Assembly: GCA_023659785.1 (NCBI GenBank)
Contig: JAGXOR010000001.1
Coordinates: 1-39,200, forward strand
Source of the DNA: Methanomicrobia archaeon LH_S13
GTDB lineage: Archaea; Halobacteriota; Syntropharchaeia; Alkanophagales; Methanospirareceae
Direction: 5' to 3'
Length of the DNA: 39,200 nt
Part shown: one piece after another, positions 19,703 to 28,673 of the stretch
How positions within the stretch are numbered: the stretch's first letter is position 1
Layout of the letters: each line of letters starts with the position of its first letter
Position numbers and translations under genes: made by a program
Notes under the pieces: model-generated
Seen by the model: only the letters and a program-made list of their open reading frames with translations
Databases searched by the model: none
What the model was told of the DNA's origin: nothing

Positions 19703-20124
19703 GTGAACTACCCCTCGCTATTGCAAGGGGCTTCCTACTTCAACGATAGAACTTGCGGAAATTGGTATCAACTTCCCTAGCGGTTCCACCTCAGAAGGCA
19801 CAAAGGGCAATCCCTGCCCCCCGCCATACCTCGCTCCAATATATTCAGCGAGGCGTTATAATCCCTATCCAGTTCTGTACCATATCTGTATTCCTTGCTT
19901 GTACCTCGTGGATTTACGTCTCCCACTATCTTATCAGCGCTCTCAGCCTTGTTATATAGCATAAACAGAACCATTTGCAGTATTTTTGTGTTCACTTTCT
20001 TCAACCCTTCCTTCTCTTCTTTCATCTTCGGTAGCATCGCCTGCGACTTATACCGTGAAGGAATCTTATCGCTGTCATTCCAAATAGCTAAGAAGGAGTT
20101 GTAGAGTAACCTGCATATCTCTAT
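19703..20124 (-). mobile_element. tnpB: Second copy of the 6162-type tnpB element, internally deleted, with intact right end/omegaRNA region
   Basis: EICRLLYNSFLAIWNDS...MLYN is shared with 6229-6404. 19703..19867 is near-identical (reverse complement) to 6633..6796. Confidence 0.9.
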
Positions 20125-20169
20125 ATGAATACTTTTATTGGTGGTGGTGTGGTAGAAAAGATTTATCTG

Positions 20170-20470
20170 CTCTCTATACACCCCTACCATAATAGAAGAA
20201 ATATCCGGACTTTAGGTAGGAGATAAGGGTTCTAGTTTAAGCGGTCTTTCATAGTCATAAGACCACCTCTACCTGAGGCTTCATCGTATCATACGGTTTC
20301 CCTCTCGAGTTCATCGGGAATCCTTCCATTCCGCCCCCGTCTGGTCGAACCCGCCCACAGCATCCCATTCACACCGTTTCCAGTATGACATCATCTACCG
20401 TAGGGAAGTCCCTCCATCTTTAGTCTTTTTTCTTTTCCTAAACCACTAATTGAACGCTGGGCTTATTGAT
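20170..20470 (-). ncRNA. Putative structured RNA, probably an orphan TnpB omegaRNA/sotRNA from a different IS1341-like family
   Basis: GNRA-capped hairpin UCAUACUG-GAAA-CGGUGUGA (20369-20388), hairpin GUGGUCUU...AAGACCGC (20241-20266) and a three-way junction at about 20275-20325. No good ORF. Confidence 0.4.
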
Positions 20471-20594
20471 ATTGCCGACGCCTTATAGAGTGGTTATTTC
20501 GATCACTTATCATATTGATTTTTGTTATATAAAAAGCTTTTCTATACTCTACTTAAAAACGAACTGTTACAAAGGCAATATTGATGTGGCATTT

Positions 20595-22142
20595 ATGAGA
20601 ATACTATTAGCAACCGGAAGAAAAGCAGAGGCGATGGTAAAGGATGCAGTAAGAATTTTGGCGATCTCGCCGTCGAACTGCGATGTTCTTACACAGGGAC
20701 TGGGTATTGCCGCTTTTTCCACGCCTGAATCGTTAAGAAAAGCGCTTAAAAAGCATTTTAATGCTGAAAAAGAGTACGACCTCATTTTAGTTTCTGGGCT
20801 TTGCAAAGCGGATTTCAGCTATCTGGAGAAGGAGATAGGCACACCAATCAGGTTGGGACCCCGGCATGCGTACGACATCGGCGAGGCTTTAAAATTCGCA
20901 GAAGAAATAGAATTCTCTTCACTTACACCTGCTGATGTGTTTTTGGCAGAGAAGAGAAAAGAGAGCGCAAAGAATCAATTGTATGAATTGGAAAGCAGCG
21001 TAAAAGAGAAGTTCAGTGTAAAAGGAGTTAAGATAGGCGGAGGTGCAAGAATGAAAGTGTGCGCGGAAATCGTGGATGCGACGCAGATGACCGAGGAAGA
21101 AATACATCGAAGAATGGACCATTTCTTGAAAAGTGGCGCAGATATAATAGACTTCGGTGTTCACGTGGATGCGAAGTCAAAGGAGGTGAAAAAAGCAGTA
21201 AAAGATGCTTTGTCCTTCGCATCAGATGTTCCTCTTTCTGTTGATACCTTAGACGCAGAGCTAATACTTGCAGGCATTGAAGCCGGTGCAGACATAGTGC
21301 TCAGCCTGAATAAAGAAAATATCCCGGAAGTGGGTGACGAGGTGGGGGGAAATGATATAGCGGCAGTTGTAATCCCCGATTTTGACGCAGGTGGCAAAAG
21401 TGAGGGTAAAAATAGCGAAAGCTTGTTTACAAACATGAAAATGGCTGAGGAACACGGCATAAAGAACATAATCGCAGACCCTGTGTTGAATGCTGTTGGA
21501 TATGGAATTGCTGAATCATTGTACAACTATTATCATTTCAGATTGCAAGATAAGAGCACACCTCTTTTCTTTGGCGTTGGAAACGTCACTGAACTTATAG
21601 ATGCGGATTCAGGTGGTGTAAACGCAACTTTAGCAGGTATAGCCTCTGAATTGAATGCGAATGTCCTTTTTACTCCTGAATACAGTGATAAAGCAAGAGG
21701 AAGTGTAAGAGAGTTGAGAATAGCGTCAGAGATGATGGCACTCGCAAAAGCACGCAAAAGCGCACCTAAGGATATCGGGCTTGACCTATTGATGTTGAAG
21801 GAAAAGAGAAGGAAGCCAATTATGAGGATTCATGATAAGGAAAGCATCGTCGCAAAAGAGAATGCGAAGTGGCGACTTGACCCTAAGGGATGCTTTAGTA
21901 TAGGTATTTGTGAAATTGAAGGCGATAACATGATATATGCCAAACATTCGCCTACCGGGAAACGAATAGTAGGAAGAAGTGCAAAAGGGATAATGGATAC
22001 AATCTTGCGATTAGACATGGTTTCACTACATGAACATGCTTCTTATCTTAGTAAGGAGTTAACAAAGGCAGAACTTGCTTTGAGATTGGACCGCAGTTAT
22101 GAGCAGGATGAAGAAGTGTTCAGTTTAAAATCAAAATTCTAA
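20595..22142 (+). CDS. Dihydropteroate synthase-like protein (archaeal TIGR00284-type, C-terminal DUF4346-like)
   Basis: MRILLATG, LGPRHAYD, AEIVDA, GADIIDFG, SVDT, GVGNVTELIDADSGG and HASYLSKELTKAELAL motifs. Confidence 0.85.
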   Translation: MRILLATGRKAEAMVKDAVRILAISPSNCDVLTQGLGIAAFSTPESLRKALKKHFNAEKEYDLILVSGLCKADFSYLEKEIGTPIRLGPRHAYDIGEALKFAEEIEFSSLTPADVFLAEKRKESAKNQLYELESSVKEKFSVKGVKIGGGARMKVCAEIVDATQMTEEEIHRRMDHFLKSGADIIDFGVHVDAKSKEVKKAVKDALSFASDVPLSVDTLDAELILAGIEAGADIVLSLNKENIPEVGDEVGGNDIAAVVIPDFDAGGKSEGKNSESLFTNMKMAEEHGIKNIIADPVLNAVGYGIAESLYNYYHFRLQDKSTPLFFGVGNVTELIDADSGGVNATLAGIASELNANVLFTPEYSDKARGSVRELRIASEMMALAKARKSAPKDIGLDLLMLKEKRRKPIMRIHDKESIVAKENAKWRLDPKGCFSIGICEIEGDNMIYAKHSPTGKRIVGRSAKGIMDTILRLDMVSLHEHASYLSKELTKAELALRLDRSYEQDEEVFSLKSKF

Positions 22143-24550
22143 CCCATCCTCACCCAACTCACACCCTCTTCATCCTCCGTCACCCGCAACACATACTCCA
22201 TATAATCCTTCACATCCTCTATGTGCGTAATCAGGAATATCTGCCTGAACTTCTTTGAAAGCTCGTTCAACGCCATGATAATATTCCTCTTCCGAAGTGC
22301 GTCCTGCGAGCCAAAAATTTCGTCCAGAATAATAAAATTCGTTTGAATCGCACTTCTTTCTGCAACCACTGCGGAAATCGCAAGCCGAAGACACAGATTC
22401 GCTAAGTCCTCCTCACCACCTGAAAACCTGTTTATCCCGTAAGACGTCCCTTCATCGTAAACAAAAACATCGTAGTTCTCATCTACCTCCAACTTGCTGT
22501 ATTTACCATCCGTTAACCTTCTCAGCATATCAGATGCGTAATCAGAAAGCATCGGGCGAATCATGCCCACCATATACACCTTGAAGTCTTTCATTATTTT
22601 CTCAAGCAGGCCGAGATACATTATCTTCGTCTCTTCTTCCTCTTTCTCCCTCAGTAACCTCTTTTGCTCCTCTATCTCCTCCAGCACACGCTCTATGTCC
22701 CTGCACACGTTCTCGAACTCGTTTTTCTTCTCCAAAAGCTTTAGTTTTAATTCATTCAATTCCTCTCTCTTCCGGTCGTATCTCGCCTTTATCTCTACAT
22801 ACGCCATTTTATCAAATGCTAATTCTCCTATTTGCCTCTGTAACATCGTTATATCCTCCACAAACTTACTTTCCGATTCACTTAACTCCTGCACGTTATT
22901 TTTTACTTCTTCAGCCCTTCCTATCTCTGCTCTTAACCCGATTATCTCCCTGTACACCAGTTCAAGACCCTTTAGAGTGGAAATAATGCCCTTGTAGGCG
23001 TTATCGTCAAACTCCACTTCCTTAATGGGCGTCAAATCAGTTTTTATCAACTCCAATTCCTTTCTCCACCGCTCTAACTCACGTTCTTCACCCACAATTC
23101 TTACATCCAGTGCTTGTTTCTCCGTTACACGTTTCTCTTGCTCCTTATCTTTTTTTACAAGCAATTCCTCCTCTCTTTCCTTAGAACCGAGTTCCTCTTT
23201 CTTCTTTTTGTATTCACCGGAAATCGAATAAAATGTTTCCTTGTTAGTTTTTATCTCATCACTTAGCTTCTTTATCAACACTTCGTAATGCGACTCCAAT
23301 TTCCTCTCGCACATTGGACATTCACCGGCGGGACCCAAATCCTCTATTTTCTTCTTTTTCTCTTTACTCTCTCCTATATCACTCTTAATCTGTATTGCTC
23401 TCGATTTAAAAGCACCGATAGAAGAATGCAAACTTTCCTTTTGTTTCCTTATCTCTTCTATTCCCTTCTTTACCTCTTCCACCCTCTTTTCTATGCCTTC
23501 AAATTCTTTCCTCTTCGCATTCAACTCTCTTATTTTCCCTTCTCGCTTAACTATCTCCACCTGTTTTTTCTCTTCCCTTCTCAATAGCTCCTGCTTTCGT
23601 TGATATTTCTCTCGTGTCGCATCGAGCTCCTCCTTCTTCTCTCTAAACAGGAAATATTGCTTTTCTTTGTCTGCAATTCCTTCAAGCTGCTTTTTCTTTA
23701 CAAGCAAATCCTCAAGCTCTTTTTCTTTCTCTTCTCTCCTCTTCCTCGTATTCTCCAGGTCGCTTCTTCTCTCGCCCAGGTTATTGCTCAATTCCATGTA
23801 TTTCTCATATTTCCTCGTGGTGGTTTCCAGTTCTTCTTTCGCTTCACCCGCTTCTTTCTCTTTCACCACTTTAGCGGCTTCTATTTCTTTTATAATTGGT
23901 AAAAGCTCTTCTTTAGACTTCTCCAATTCATTCTTCCCGCCTTCGAGTACTTCTATCTTCTTTCTGCCTTTTTTATCCACAGTTGCTGCTTTTATACCCT
24001 CTATAAGCTTCCCTTTACCTCTTTTATCCTCTCTTATTGCCTGTATACTCTTTTCTATCCTTTCTATGCCGAGCATACGAAGCACGAGCTTTTTACGCTC
24101 CGCAGCTTTCATTGTTGACAGTGCGTTCAACTCCTTCTGCCTTGCGAAGACCGAAGTAAAAAAAGACTGGTGATCCATACCTATTCGTTCCTCTATGACT
24201 CTCGTGACCTCTTCAGCGTTGTTAGTTATGAGGTTTCCGTTGATAACGAGACTTGCTTTTGGCACTAAATTCCTACCTGACATCTCCCTTACCACCTTAT
24301 ACTCGTCACCTTCCAGCTCGAATTCCAGGGCAACGCTGCATGCCTCATTAGCCGATGCGCCTTCCCTTTTTATCAGTTCTTTTGTTGTCCTTGCGGCGTG
24401 ATGGCCGAGCAAAACCCAGCCTATCGCTTCTATCAAAGTCGTTTTCCCGACACCATTTAACCCGATAATCCCTATAACGCCATCCGGGAATTCAACATCC
24501 GCATTCTTATATTTTCGGTAATTCCTCAGTATTAGCGTTTTTAATAGCAT
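22139..24550 (-). CDS. rad50: DNA double-strand break repair ATPase Rad50
   Basis: Walker A GLNGVGKT, long coiled coil with CPMC zinc hook, FSGGE signature, ILDEIFGSQD Walker B/D-loop and ITH. Confidence 0.9.
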   Translation of the reverse strand: MLLKTLILRNYRKYKNADVEFPDGVIGIIGLNGVGKTTLIEAIGWVLLGHHAARTTKELIKREGASANEACSVALEFELEGDEYKVVREMSGRNLVPKASLVINGNLITNNAEEVTRVIEERIGMDHQSFFTSVFARQKELNALSTMKAAERKKLVLRMLGIERIEKSIQAIREDKRGKGKLIEGIKAATVDKKGRKKIEVLEGGKNELEKSKEELLPIIKEIEAAKVVKEKEAGEAKEELETTTRKYEKYMELSNNLGERRSDLENTRKRREEKEKELEDLLVKKKQLEGIADKEKQYFLFREKKEELDATREKYQRKQELLRREEKKQVEIVKREGKIRELNAKRKEFEGIEKRVEEVKKGIEEIRKQKESLHSSIGAFKSRAIQIKSDIGESKEKKKKIEDLGPAGECPMCERKLESHYEVLIKKLSDEIKTNKETFYSISGEYKKKKEELGSKEREEELLVKKDKEQEKRVTEKQALDVRIVGEERELERWRKELELIKTDLTPIKEVEFDDNAYKGIISTLKGLELVYREIIGLRAEIGRAEEVKNNVQELSESESKFVEDITMLQRQIGELAFDKMAYVEIKARYDRKREELNELKLKLLEKKNEFENVCRDIERVLEEIEEQKRLLREKEEEETKIMYLGLLEKIMKDFKVYMVGMIRPMLSDYASDMLRRLTDGKYSKLEVDENYDVFVYDEGTSYGINRFSGGEEDLANLCLRLAISAVVAERSAIQTNFIILDEIFGSQDALRKRNIIMALNELSKKFRQIFLITHIEDVKDYMEYVLRVTEDEEGVSWVRMG

Positions 24551-24602
24551 CTCATTATGTATTCAACTACTTTCTAATTTTTTTTATAAAGATTATTTGT
24601 CC

Positions 24603-25055
24603 CTATTCTCTTCTGTATTCCTTCACCTTATCAAGTCCTGATGCGCAAAAATAATTGTAAACGTGTTCTTTTAGCCGGGTTAAGCTCGTAGAAAAGAACA
24701 AATGACTTTTACATGAGCAATCGGTGCATCCGAAGTTTTCTATGCAATCCAACTCTCTGTCTATGTTCATTTTCACAGCTATCTCACATTCTTTCCTCTC
24801 CTCCGTTTCTGCGAATATCACTTCCTTTACTTCTACCGTGGGACACGCCAGGAAATAGTCAATATGCCAATGCAATTTCTTGTTGTCGCCCGGGGCACGC
24901 AAGTGTCTTCCTATTCTTTGCTCCAATCCGGAAAGAGCCGAACCTACGTAAGCGTAAAATCCTCTTTTGAACTTTATACGCCCTATTTTGCCTATTTCTA
25001 TTTCTATTTCTGTATCTGCATGGTTCTCTACGATTAGCACGTAAGTTCCTTTCAT
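24603..25055 (-). CDS. GIY-YIG nuclease family protein (DUF123)
   Basis: KGTYVL, YAYVGSA, HWHIDY and FGCTDCSCKSHL motifs. Confidence 0.9.
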   Translation of the reverse strand: MKGTYVLIVENHADTEIEIEIGKIGRIKFKRGFYAYVGSALSGLEQRIGRHLRAPGDNKKLHWHIDYFLACPTVEVKEVIFAETEERKECEIAVKMNIDRELDCIENFGCTDCSCKSHLFFSTSLTRLKEHVYNYFCASGLDKVKEYRRE

Positions 25056-25118
25056 TACACTTACACTTTTCCTTTTTTATATCCGCTAAACAAATATTAT
25101 TATTATTATTATATTGCG

Positions 25119-26036
25119 ATGGAGAAAGAGCGCATGGAGAGGATAAAGGAGATAGAAAGGTTAAAAAGAGAGAAAAATGCGATTATTTTGGCTCATAACT
25201 ACCAGCGCGCAGAGATTCAGGACATAGCAGAGTTCGTTGGCGACTCATTGGAGCTCGCAAGGAAAGCGATGGATACTGCTTCCGACATCATAATCTTTTG
25301 CGGCGTTGATTTCATGGCAGAAACCGCTGCAATAATGAATCCAGATAAAAAAGTCATCATTCCTGATAAAGGGGCGATATGCCCGATGGCGCAGCAACTA
25401 CCCGCAGAGGATTTGCTTGCAGCAAAGCGAGAGCATCCTGAAGCCGAAGTTGTCCTTTATGTAAACACGCTTGCAGAAAGCAAGGCACTTGCAGACTGCA
25501 TCTGCACTTCTGCGAATGCTCAGGAAATAGTTAAGGCAATGGACGCGTCCACCATCTTATTTGGCCCTGACCGCAATTTAGCGTATCACGCACAGAAAGC
25601 AACGTCAAAAAAGATTATCCCCGTTCCTGAATATGGACTTTGCCCTTCGCATCACCAGATAGTAATGACGGATTTGATAAAAGCGAAGGCGGCACATCCG
25701 AGAGCAAAAATCGTTGTTCATCCAGAGTGCATCCCCGAAGTTCAAGACGCCGCGGATTACATCGTGTCAACGAGTGGCATGGTAAAGATTTGCAAGGAAG
25801 GGGAAGATGGAGAATTTTTGATTGGTACAGAAATCGGACTTCTTTACAGACTCAAAAAGGAAGCAGCGGGGAAAAAGTTCTATCCCATCTCTACTACCGC
25901 CGTCTGTCCACAGATGAAAATGCACACGTTAGAAAACATAGAAGCGGCATTAGAGCTCGAGAAGCCCGAAGTATTTATTAAGAAAGAACTCATAAATAAA
26001 GCAAGGAAATCAATCGAGAGAATGCTTGAAATATGA
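25119..26036 (+). CDS. nadA: Quinolinate synthase A
   Basis: LAHNYQ, GDSLEL, FCGVDFMAE, CPMA, YVNT, HPEC and CPQMK motifs. Confidence 0.96.
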   Translation: MEKERMERIKEIERLKREKNAIILAHNYQRAEIQDIAEFVGDSLELARKAMDTASDIIIFCGVDFMAETAAIMNPDKKVIIPDKGAICPMAQQLPAEDLLAAKREHPEAEVVLYVNTLAESKALADCICTSANAQEIVKAMDASTILFGPDRNLAYHAQKATSKKIIPVPEYGLCPSHHQIVMTDLIKAKAAHPRAKIVVHPECIPEVQDAADYIVSTSGMVKICKEGEDGEFLIGTEIGLLYRLKKEAAGKKFYPISTTAVCPQMKMHTLENIEAALELEKPEVFIKKELINKARKSIERMLEI

Positions 26037-26731
26037 GAAAAATAGTGAACCCGCCCGATTTGAAGCTGTTTGTGTTCTACGGACTGGTACTCGTTCCAAC
26101 TTTCTTCTTGTGCTACGAGAGAAACCTATCGTTCTTCATTGTCATCGTATCGATGCTTCTGACAAGCGTAATAGAGATACCAATCTACAAGTTTAGAACA
26201 CGGAAGCCGGGATACAGCGAGCTTGAGGCAATGCGTATCGGCGAATTTTACGACGTGCCAGTGGCAGAGGAAATGCATAAAGACAACGAAAGGAGATATA
26301 AAACAACGGTAACGCTGAACATGGGTGGTTTTATTATACCCCTTTTTTGCTCCTTTTACCTGCTGATAAGCTATCGCGCATTCTTGTTAGAAGAAGTGGT
26401 AATGTCTATCATGCTAATGACCATCTTTTCATATATGCTTTCAGAAGTTAAGGGAGGTGTGGGAATAGTAATTCCAAGCTATGTAGGCATTTTTGCTATT
26501 CCTCTTGGGCTTATACTTGCTGCGCCGTTGGAACTACCGCTTGAGAACATAGCAGGGGTGTTGATATTTGTACCTGCGATTTTTGGTATTCTATTGGGGA
26601 TATTTATAAAGTTGGCAACACTGCCCGAGGAAAAAGTAGGAAGTGCTTTCTTTAATATCGGTGGTATCGGCAGTTTCCATTCTATATTCCTTCTCTCCCT
26701 TTTGGCTTTGTTAATCGGAACCGTAACGTAG
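26033..26731 (+). CDS. DUF1614-family membrane protein
   Basis: Multiple hydrophobic segments; TLNMGGFIIP, GVGIVIP and IGGIGSFHSIFL motifs. Confidence 0.75.
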   Translation: MRKIVNPPDLKLFVFYGLVLVPTFFLCYERNLSFFIVIVSMLLTSVIEIPIYKFRTRKPGYSELEAMRIGEFYDVPVAEEMHKDNERRYKTTVTLNMGGFIIPLFCSFYLLISYRAFLLEEVVMSIMLMTIFSYMLSEVKGGVGIVIPSYVGIFAIPLGLILAAPLELPLENIAGVLIFVPAIFGILLGIFIKLATLPEEKVGSAFFNIGGIGSFHSIFLLSLLALLIGTVT

Positions 26732-26774
26732 TATCTGCTCAAAATTAGGGGGAATTTTGAACAGACAATGAAAA

Positions 26775-27455
26775 ATGGAAAATGCAAAGTGCAAAAGTAA
26801 AGTGATAATAAAATTGGGTGGTAGCCTGTTAGAGAAAGGCCGTGATGTCATACAGTCTCTTAGAGATTATGTAGAAGAGAAAGAGAAAGAGAAAGATAGA
26901 GCTTTAACCATGATATTAATTCCGGGTGGTGGACCTTTTGCTGATGCCGTAAGAAATCTATCGGGAGATACACATATACCAATATCAGAGGAGGCTGCGC
27001 ACTGGATGGCGGTTTTCGCAATGCACCAGTACGGCATTTTTTTGGCATCGGGTGAAATTGAAATACCATTAGTTGAAAGCGTGGATGAAATAGATAAAGC
27101 TGGACCGATATGCATATTACTACCCTATAAGATTCTAAAAGCGGCCAATTGCCTACCGCATACCTGGGCTGTTACATCTGACACGATAGCTGCGTTTGTT
27201 GCAAATAAAATAGGCGAAAAGACCTTCATAAAACTGACCGACGTTGATGGGATACTAGACGAAAAGGGGCATCTTATCAAAAAAATCTCTGCAAAAGAGA
27301 TGTTTAAGAAAGAGAAGAAGGGATGTATTGACGCAGAACTACCGGGATTTTTAACGCAGAATAAAATGAGTTGCATTATTGTAAACGGTAACTTCCCAAA
27401 TCGAATAATAGACGTAATCGAAGAAAAAGAGACAAATTGCACAAAACTTTTTTAA
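26775..27455 (+). CDS. Amino-acid-kinase family protein (MfnE-like, methanofuran biosynthesis)
   Basis: IKLGGSL, IPGGGPFADAVR, AAHWMAV, LPHTWAVTSD and TDVDGI motifs. Confidence 0.8.
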   Translation: MENAKCKSKVIIKLGGSLLEKGRDVIQSLRDYVEEKEKEKDRALTMILIPGGGPFADAVRNLSGDTHIPISEEAAHWMAVFAMHQYGIFLASGEIEIPLVESVDEIDKAGPICILLPYKILKAANCLPHTWAVTSDTIAAFVANKIGEKTFIKLTDVDGILDEKGHLIKKISAKEMFKKEKKGCIDAELPGFLTQNKMSCIIVNGNFPNRIIDVIEEKETNCTKLF

Positions 27456-28360
27456 CTAACGTCAGCCGCAGAGGCTTTTTCTCGACGAGGATGTGGGGAA
27501 AGAGAATCTATATCTACTTCTAAACTTTTTCCCAATTCCTTATACCTGTTTCGAATTGTAATCTCAGTTGTACCTACAACCTTAGCTATTTCCTTCTCCG
27601 TTCGATACTCACCACTTAAAACTGTGGCAATATATATCGCCGCAGCTGCGGTTCCTATCGGTGCCCAGCCTCTGGCTGCTCCCTTTCCCTTATTCTCCTT
27701 TAGTATCTCTATTGCCTTTTCCCTTATCCTCTCGCTTAACCCAAGCTCAGAGCAGAACCGAGGGACATAGTGTGATGGATCCGCAGGTGCAATCTTCAAT
27801 TCAAATTTCCTTAAAAGAAAAAGGTATGACCTCCTTATTTTCTTTAGGGGACTTCTTGACACCGCTGCGATCTCTTTCAGTGTTCGTGGAATTCCATACT
27901 GTCTACAAATAATGTACAGCATTGCAGAGACCAATTCTTCTATGCTTCGCCCCTTGATCAAACAGCGCTTCGCCGCTTTTCGGTACAGCACTGCAGTTGT
28001 TTCCTTTATATCATTCGGCAGCTTAAGTGCGCATGCCATTCTATCTATCTCGATAAGCGCGAAGGCAAGAGTTTTTTCACTACTACCCATATTTACCCAT
28101 CGCAATCTTTTTATCCCCGCGGGCAATTTTGGCGTAGATGTGCTCAGTCCTTTATCGTGAATTCTATAACTCATTCCTGGACCGGTTCTTACCCTTTTAG
28201 AAGCTTGTTCGGAATCATACGCACGCCATTCGGGCCCAAGGTCTACGATATTCTCTGCTATTACCATCCCGCAGTCGGCGCAGTAAAGTTCCGCATGCTT
28301 AGAATCAGATACCACGTTTTTTGATCCACATTCAGGACAATTTCTTATTTTGTTCTCCAT
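27452..28360 (-). CDS. tfb: Transcription initiation factor IIB (TFB)
   Basis: Zn ribbon CPECG/CADCG, GPEWRAY B-reader, HDKGLST, two cyclin repeats and TEITIRNRYKEL. Confidence 0.95.
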   Translation of the reverse strand: MENKIRNCPECGSKNVVSDSKHAELYCADCGMVIAENIVDLGPEWRAYDSEQASKRVRTGPGMSYRIHDKGLSTSTPKLPAGIKRLRWVNMGSSEKTLAFALIEIDRMACALKLPNDIKETTAVLYRKAAKRCLIKGRSIEELVSAMLYIICRQYGIPRTLKEIAAVSRSPLKKIRRSYLFLLRKFELKIAPADPSHYVPRFCSELGLSERIREKAIEILKENKGKGAARGWAPIGTAAAAIYIATVLSGEYRTEKEIAKVVGTTEITIRNRYKELGKSLEVDIDSLSPHPRREKASAADVS

Positions 28361-28456
28361 ACCAATAATAACATATTTTTTTATTATATAATAGTTTCGG
28401 TTTTTAAGTGTACGTATATAATGAATAATTATTAAAGATACGAGGTGAGATAGATT

Positions 28457-28630
28457 ATGGAAATAGAAGAAAAAAGCGCGGGTAATGTGGAGATATTATC
28501 CCTGAACGATAGGCTCGATGCCATCGTGGATTCCAAGAAGATGAACTTGACCTACGTAAATGCGGGGCACAACCCTCCTCTGCTGCTCTGGGAAACGTCC
28601 GGTGAAATTATCTTATTAAATTACATATAA
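28457..28630 (+). pseudogene. In-frame deletion fusion of an anti-sigma-antagonist (STAS) N-terminus and a SpoIIE/PP2C phosphatase fragment
   Basis: MEIEEKSAGNVEILSLNDRLDA joined to IVDSKKMNLTYVNAGHNPPLLLW; RBS GAGGTG. Confidence 0.7.
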
Positions 28631-28673
28631 TTATTTATACTTTAACTCACTATAACATAGTGAAGAAAGAAAA

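Noticed and set aside
20275..20325. Hammerhead-ribozyme-like junction (CCGAUGA...GAAA) on the minus strand
   Set aside because: The core deviates: CCGAUGA instead of CUGAUGA, no proper NUH cleavage triplet and poor stem II register. An omegaRNA-type structure is more parsimonious.
20466..20594. N-terminal extension of the DHPS-like ORF
   Set aside because: It is AT-rich promoter-like sequence; the family-typical start is MRILLATG at 20595.
355..24401. Numerous antisense ORFs in the six-frame track (for example 355..948, 16568..17140, 23667..24173)
   Set aside because: They are shadow ORFs opposite well-supported genes, with Ser/Phe/Leu-rich composition mirroring purine-rich coding strands.
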